Shown here: positions 58,241 to 64,000 of the stretch, in pieces
Numbering within the stretch: position 1 is the first letter of the stretch
Layout: each line of letters starts with the position of its first letter
Source: Blepharisma stoltei ATCC 30299
Lineage: Eukaryota > Protista > Ciliophora
Assembly: GCA_965603825.1 (NCBI GenBank)
Contig: CBFDEM010000053.1
Location: 1,426,001-1,490,000 of the forward strand
Length of the DNA stretch: 64,000 nucleotides
Direction: 5' to 3'
The notes under the pieces: model-generated
Seen by the model: the letters and a program-made list of their open reading frames with translations, nothing else
What the model was told of the DNA's origin: nothing
Database searches by the model: none
Position numbers and translations under genes: made by a program

Positions 58241-58402
58241 TTAAAGCCATTCAACCGAAGGCAATGGCAGTGTTCGTGGGTCGGGCGGTGATAAAGTTGT
58301 GTATTTATGCGTCCTTTTTGGGTATATATGCTTTCGTGAATCTCTGCTTTTGAAGTTTTGACTGTAATGACTCTGATCTTGGGTTCTCATTCTTTGCATC
58401 AT
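58241..58402 (-). CDS. PNRC/Edc1-motif microprotein (53 aa)
   Basis: MMQRMRTQDQSHYSQNFKSRDSRKHIYPKRTHKYTTLSPPDPRTLPLPSVEWL*; a relatively GC-rich island in AT-rich DNA, below the ORF-track length cutoff. Confidence 0.6.
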   Translation of the reverse strand: MMQRMRTQDQSHYSQNFKSRDSRKHIYPKRTHKYTTLSPPDPRTLPLPSVEWL

Positions 58403-59051
58403 CTCAATTTTGAATTATAAGAATATGCCAATATGTCATTTTTTTATTCAACTTTATAACTTTTACAAAAAATAATTCAATAAGATTGCATTTTGAAATG
58501 TTGAATGTATTAATCCATTTAAATAAATATTGTTAAAATAAAATCAAAGGTTGCCTTTATCACTAATTTGAAATTTAATAGAAAATTGAATTTAATATAA
58601 TTAACAAACTAAAACTGGTTTTATAATGATCAATAATTTCTAGAGATGATAATCATAATTTTACAACACAATTGAGCCTTTATGTAAACCAAGGCCCCGA
58701 ATTCTTTAATAAAATTTAACTAGGGGTTTTAAATAATCAAAATTTAAGATGAATCAACGAGACTTAAAGTTATAATTTGATTTAAATATGAAAAACAATC
58801 TTTTGAGCATTTTCTTATAATAGCACTGATTATTTTATAGTTGTCTAAAATCAAGTCATTAAATTTTTTATTCTGTGATAAATCAAAATAATTAAGGAAA
58901 TAGATTTTATTTTTACTATCAATTAATTTAGCAAATCTCATGAATGCATTTAGATTCATTACCAATTTAGCCAAAAGTATAAATTGCTGCTTTTTAAACT
59001 TATAATCTAAGTATAAATTAAAGCTCAAAATTAAAAGAGGAAAATATTAGG

Positions 59052-59441
59052 ATGGTAACAATTCACCCTCTTCACACTGCTTTCAAAAGCACATTAGCGA
59101 ATATAATGAAAGCTTCAAGATGCTCAATTAACGTCTTAAACTTTCAAGAAAATCTTCAAATAATCACAGATTTGGACTCTGTATGTATGGATCCTCATCT
59201 GATAGCCTTCAGTTCAAGCTCAATATTAAACATAGGAGGCTCATGCAATTTATATTCACTTAATGATAATTCAAAGCATCATTTAAGTGTCCTTACAAAG
59301 TCAAATCTTGAACCTTTTATATCATCAACGATAACTGGGCAAGTGATATTCAAGCATGATTTAGCGTATTCATTTCTTTATTTGATTCAAGTCAGTGATG
59401 TTAATTTGGGAAAAGAAGGAAAACCTCTTCTTTTAAAGTAA
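59052..59441 (+). CDS. Possible hypothetical protein or gene remnant (129 aa)
   Basis: Open frame with moderately coding-like composition; only a faint WD40-like ITDLD..DPHLIA.SS segment. Confidence 0.35.
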   Translation: MVTIHPLHTAFKSTLANIMKASRCSINVLNFQENLQIITDLDSVCMDPHLIAFSSSSILNIGGSCNLYSLNDNSKHHLSVLTKSNLEPFISSTITGQVIFKHDLAYSFLYLIQVSDVNLGKEGKPLLLK

Positions 59442-59872
59442 ATTCTAATATAACTTTAAACTGAAAAGCTTGATTTTATTTTGTTATAATTAAAATAATT
59501 CCAATACTCAAATTTGTATTTTCATACGAAGCCATGTCAAATGGAGAATTTTAATAAAAATCCATTTCTCATTATACTATCCATCACCCTAATTGCGGCC
59601 ATAAATTTAAATCATCTGAAAGAATTTTAAAATCAGAAAATTAATTACCTCAGAAGTCCTTTATAAATGAAATGAATAATTAATTTCATGAATTTCTAAG
59701 AAAAAGGCCTAAGCTTTTAGGCGTATAAAAGCAATGAAGAAAAGCCAACAATTAAAATAAATACTTTAGTTTTTAAAAGATAATTATCCGTTTATATCGA
59801 AATTTAAGCTTTTTCTAATTTAAACTTTCTAAAAATGGATGGTCGCTCTAAATTAGGAGAATAATAATAGAG

Positions 59873-60847
59873 ATGTCAAGCAAAAAATCCCATTCCCAGC
59901 TCAATGTAAAATTTCTTTCACTGAATCTGTTTCTTAGGCCACCTTTTATCCACACAAATGAAAGTGACTATAAAGATGCACGACTTCAGTATTTCATTCA
60001 AAATATAATTCAAGAATACGACATTATATGTCTTCAAGAAACATACTCTGCATACACTTTAAGACAAAACCGCTTAATAGAGGAAGCAGAAACAAAACAA
60101 TTTTTATACTCAGCTGTAAGTCCAAAGCCTAAATTTTGGTCAACCCAATTTGTTGACTGTGGCTTAGTAATTCTAAGCAAGTATCGCATCGTTGAAGTCG
60201 AGTTTTTACCTTTTACATATTCCCTTCTTCCAGACAAACTTTCATACAAAGGCTCTTTATATGCCAAAATTTTAATTAATGGAAAATATATCCATGTTTT
60301 CACTTCACATTTGCAATCAAAGCACCCCACTGAAGACAGTGCTCAATATTTAGCCTATAGGCTTGTAAGAAGATCACAATTGATAGAATTAAGAAATTAT
60401 ATTGACACTAAAATTGGAAACACTAATGAAGCAGCAATTATTGCTGGAGATTTAAATATAGATGGTAGAGAAGAACTAAAACCTCCAGCATTTCCTGTGA
60501 TTTTTATTTAGGACATTGAGTGCAAAGATGATTATGAGAATTTCATAAATATTTTATCAAAACATGGAAAAGCAGCCTTAGTTGATATCTTAAGAAAAAA
60601 ATACGGGCACTCTCCGGCAACATTTGGAAGAGGAGATGAGAATGGAAACCCACTTGAAAAAGTACTGACTGCGCCTGATCAAACACTATGGGACGAATCA
60701 TTGGACTATATTCTAATGATTAATGAAAACACCAGCGGCGTCACTATAAATTGGAGCGATACCCATGTAGAGCCTTTTTATATATCGGGGCAACCTTTTA
60801 CTCAAATAAGTGACCATGCTGGAGTTCAAACATCTTTTAGATGCTAA
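59873..60847 (+). CDS. EEP-superfamily phosphodiesterase, neutral sphingomyelinase-like (319 aa, one intron)
   Basis: LSLNL, YDIICLQE, DCGLVILSKY, SHLQS and IAGDLN. Removing intron 60497-60511 restores LDYI and the catalytic SDH. TAA 60845-60847. Confidence 0.88.
60497..60511 (+). other. 15-nt spliceosomal intron (GTG donor)
   Basis: gtgatttttAtttag; ends in an in-frame TAG, and splicing is needed to include the SDH motif. Confidence 0.88.
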
Positions 60848-60960
60848 AAAATGTTTATATAGAAAATAGTTACAAATTTAGATCTATTATAATAAATATA
60901 ATTAAAATTAAGAGTATTGTACTTTACCCTTCAAATGAAGTTATTTATATAATTTAATTA

Positions 60961-62043
60961 TTATTGCAGCTGACAGCTTGTACCAATTTGCTCTGCATAT
61001 CCATCGGATATTAAAGATTTAATTTCAAAAACTTCTCTTCTTGCTTGATTAATAAAAATATTTTGTGAATTTACAGATAAAATGCTTTGTGAGCTTGTGC
61101 TTAATAATAAATTTATTGATAATTTGTCATTTGATATTATTGCTTTGATTATTTTTTTAATTTCAGTAATTTCATCAGTTAAAATTTTTATTTCAGTTTC
61201 TATTTGCTTTACTCAGTGAGCATAATTATCTGTAGATTGTTGTGCACTACGAGGAGTCATATCGAGAATTAAACTCTCATCGTGAGAAACCAAAAACTGA
61301 TCAATTTTATCTATATCAATATTCTTCGAAATTTCTTCAATCTTTTCAGTTATAGCAGTTTGGTCAAAAGATTTATTTAAAGGAGGCTTTGAAATCGAAT
61401 TTTCTCGTGGCCTTGCTTTAGGTTTTAGCTTTGATTTTTCTTCTTCTATTTCTTTTTGTTTTATTTTATGCTTCTCTTCTTCAATTGCTTTAATTTTCAT
61501 CCTTTCTTCTTCCATTTCTTTTACTTGCTTATTAAGATTTTCTATAATCTCGTCTTTCTCTTTTACGACTTTTTCGAATTCTGAAATATTTTCTTTAAAG
61601 AGTGCTCTAAATTGCAATTCTCTTTCTTTAACCATAATCCCTAATTTCTCAATAATGGAATCCTTCTTGTTCACATCTTCTTTTAGCTGATTTATAGTTG
61701 TTATGTATTCATTTAATTTGGTTTCATATTCTTTATATTGATGCTTGAATTTTTCTTTTTCGACTTCCAGTTTTAGAGCATCATTTTTATAGCTGAGGTA
61801 TCCTAATGTTTGAGAAGTTATAGGCAGTTTAGGAGATTGCCTTTTAGGTGACAGTATTTCTTTAGGACTCATCACATTAGGCGTTGGGATATTTGTATCT
61901 AAGCTGCTAAAATTTCTGAAAAAAGATTTCGGACTTTCAATGCTCTTTTTTTCTGAGATTGGCTCATACCCAACTAAATGCGAGGTGGAAGCAATAGCTG
62001 ATTTATGATAGTCAACTCTTCTTTTGAACCTATATGATTCCAT
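60961..62043 (-). CDS. Coiled-coil protein with CEP85-like C-terminus (360 aa)
   Basis: Reads through TGA 61213-61215 to TAA 60961-60963. Ends ..LSINLLL..INQARREVFEIKSLISDGYAEQIGTSCQLQ. Confidence 0.72.
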
Positions 62044-62065
62044 AAATAATTATTTTCTTATAATA

Positions 62066-63211
62066 ATGGCAAGAATTGACCCAAAGCATGGTGGACTTGT
62101 ATGGGATTCTGATCTCGTCGAACGCAATATAAATCTCGAATTTAATCCAGTTGTTAGCACACTTCCACTTGAAGAAAAAGTTCGTAGGTCGCTCTCTGTA
62201 GGAGTTGAATGCATTTTCCCAGAAGAGCTGGAAGAACTGTTCAGAAGTAAAACACATCCGGTGTGCTATGATGGGTTTGAGCCTTCAGGACGTATGCATA
62301 TAGCTCAAGGGCTTCTTAAAGCTATCAACGTCAATAAGCTGACAAGCTCAGGCTGCATTTTCATTTTCTGGGTCGCTGATTGGTTTGCAATGCTCAACAA
62401 CAAAATGGGTGGAGACCTTACCAAAATCCGCCTTGTAGGCAAATACATGATCGAAACTTGGCGAGCAGCAGGCATGGACATGCGAAATGTCAAATTCCTC
62501 TGGTGTTCAGAAGAAATCAATAAAAAACCTAATGAATATTGGGAAAGGGTCATGGATATCGCTATGCGTAACAACATCACAAGACTTAAAAGATGCGGCC
62601 AAATCATGGGAAGAGAAGAAAGTGGCAAAATGCCTGCTGCCCAAATTTTGTACCCAATCATGCAATGCTCAGACATTTTCTTCTTAAAAGCTGACATTTG
62701 CCAGCTCGGTCTTGACCAAAGAAAAGTCAACGTATTAGCAAGAGAATATTGCGACCAAATCAAGCAGGCCAAAAAGCCAGTCATTCTTTCACACCCAATG
62801 CTTATGGGTCTGAAAAAAGACCAAGAAAAGATGAGCAAAAGTGACCCAGGCTCAGCTATTTTTATGCAAGATTCTCAAGAAGACGTAGTTACCAAAATAA
62901 ATAAGGCATACTGTGAGCCAGGCGACATTGAGAAAAATCCAGTACTGAACTATACCAAGCATATCATATTTGGCTCACGGGGAGAATTACTTATCAAAAG
63001 AGCTCCAGAGAATGGTGGAGATACCCTTTACAACTCATATGAAGCTTTAGAAGCTGACTTCGCTGCAGGGAGAATTCACCCAGGTGACTTAAAGCCAGCA
63101 GTTTCAGGTGCCATTAACAGTCTATTAGACCCTATTAGAAGACATTTCCAGACAGACCCATATGCTAGATCTCTCTACGAGCAAGTAGCTGCTTTACAAG
63201 TTACTAGATAA
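62066..63211 (+). CDS. YARS: Cytosolic tyrosyl-tRNA synthetase (plant/protist type)
   Basis: YDGFEPSGRMHIAQG, WVADWFA, YPIMQCSDIF, QLGLDQRKVN, KMSKSDP and HPGDLK. Confidence 0.95.
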   Translation: MARIDPKHGGLVWDSDLVERNINLEFNPVVSTLPLEEKVRRSLSVGVECIFPEELEELFRSKTHPVCYDGFEPSGRMHIAQGLLKAINVNKLTSSGCIFIFWVADWFAMLNNKMGGDLTKIRLVGKYMIETWRAAGMDMRNVKFLWCSEEINKKPNEYWERVMDIAMRNNITRLKRCGQIMGREESGKMPAAQILYPIMQCSDIFFLKADICQLGLDQRKVNVLAREYCDQIKQAKKPVILSHPMLMGLKKDQEKMSKSDPGSAIFMQDSQEDVVTKINKAYCEPGDIEKNPVLNYTKHIIFGSRGELLIKRAPENGGDTLYNSYEALEADFAAGRIHPGDLKPAVSGAINSLLDPIRRHFQTDPYARSLYEQVAALQVTR

Positions 63212-63231
63212 TTAACTCATCAAATATTAAA

Positions 63232-63786
63232 TTAATGGTGCCCTCCAGATATCAGATTATCTGCATATTTCGTTTCCGCACAAGAGGATTTATAAAATGT
63301 TTTCTGGGTGGCAGTTGGCAATTTTCTAGCTTTTTCGAAATCAAAAAACCCATAGCCTTGGCCATAAGTCAAGGGTCGGATATAAACTTCGTGTGGAGCT
63401 ATGTTGCTACGTATATGTTTTCTCCTCTTGAAGGTTAAATCGTCGAAGCTTGACAGCTGTTTAGCTCTTCTGGCCCTTGCTTCAAGATCGCCCAAAATGT
63501 TATTTAAAGCTGATATGAATTCTTGCCAAGAAATTCTGCCATCTCTATTTGCATCGAATTCTTCCATAAAGAAGGCGACTTCTTCTTCTAAAGGGTCCAT
63601 CCCATAGGTTTCTCTCAGTAATGTTCTTACTTCATCGATATCTATATAACCGCTTTTATCTTTGTCGATTCTGTCAAAGGCTGCTTTAAATTCTTCAGGT
63701 GTGAAAATGTTCAGACCAATTGCGTTAATCAGATGGGTTTGGAAAGAGTTTTGAGGGCCAAGTGCAGTTATTCCAAAGAAAGACAT
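63232..63786 (-). CDS. EF-hand calcium-binding protein
   Basis: Two canonical EF loops, DKDKSGYIDIDE and DANRDGRISWQE. Confidence 0.9.
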   Translation of the reverse strand: MSFFGITALGPQNSFQTHLINAIGLNIFTPEEFKAAFDRIDKDKSGYIDIDEVRTLLRETYGMDPLEEEVAFFMEEFDANRDGRISWQEFISALNNILGDLEARARRAKQLSSFDDLTFKRRKHIRSNIAPHEVYIRPLTYGQGYGFFDFEKARKLPTATQKTFYKSSCAETKYADNLISGGHH

Positions 63787-63811
63787 ATTTAAAATTACTT
63801 ATACGAAACCA

Positions 63812-64000
63812 TTAAGTGCTTTTTTCTTTAGCTGCCCTTGCTGCTAGCTTAGCCTCGATTTCTTTGTTTTCTTGAATTATTCTATCTAATCTCTCTTTAT
63901 CCATGCTATGTTTTTGTTTAATGTATTCATAGAGAGGTAGCAAGCTTTTCTGGAGTAATCTTGATATGGATAAATTAAATAAGCTTGCATTATAAACTGC
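63812..64000 (-). CDS. 3' end of a gene continuing beyond the window
   Basis: Open frame AVYNASLFNL..EAKLAARAAKEKST* ending at TAA 63812-63814. Confidence 0.6.
   Translation of the reverse strand, partial: AVYNASLFNLSISRLLQKSLLPLYEYIKQKHSMDKERLDRIIQENKEIEAKLAARAAKEKST

Noticed and set aside
58744-59028. 94-aa minus-strand ORF
   Set aside because: Non-ATG start, extremely AT-rich, no recognisable motif.
1-64000. Reading the many TGA-terminated ORF pairs as pseudogenes or separate genes
   Set aside because: The frames continue without TAA/TAG and TGA falls at conserved Trp positions.
1-64000. tRNA, rRNA, CRISPR arrays or telomeric (CCCTAACA-type) repeats
   Set aside because: None recognised by eye; tRNAscan-SE or Infernal would be needed to exclude small RNAs in the longer spacers.

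Overview
Gene-dense, AT-rich eukaryotic DNA, best explained as macronuclear sequence of a heterotrich ciliate (Blepharisma-like; the organism is inferred). Two things the ORF track misses explain most of the window. First, TGA is read as Trp and only TAA/TAG terminate, so many split ORFs join into single genes. Second, there are tiny 15-nt GT..AG introns, all with an A at position 10. With both applied, about 45 genes tile the window with gaps as short as 9-22 nt. Housekeeping genes include GH31 alpha-glucosidase, Tim44-like, SMC3, SEN34, Snf7, PMCA, RPL24, MetAP2, MsrB and TyrRS. Four kinases are present, among them a TGH-type MAPK and a UBL-ANK-PH-AGC fusion. Centriole/cilia-type genes are SAS6L, CPAP/SAS-4, an ODAD1-like gene and two CEP85-C-like genes. 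The items most worth follow-up are a Merlin/IS1595-type transposase with a degenerate catalytic triad at the left edge, a tandem array of four secreted CBM67-like lectin genes (one frameshifted), a perfect TA-bounded 23-bp inverted repeat, a 53-aa PNRC-motif microprotein below the ORF-track cutoff, and strongly gene-dependent TGA versus TGG usage. No rRNA, tRNA, CRISPR or telomeric repeats were recognised. All family calls come from motif recognition by eye, not from database searches.
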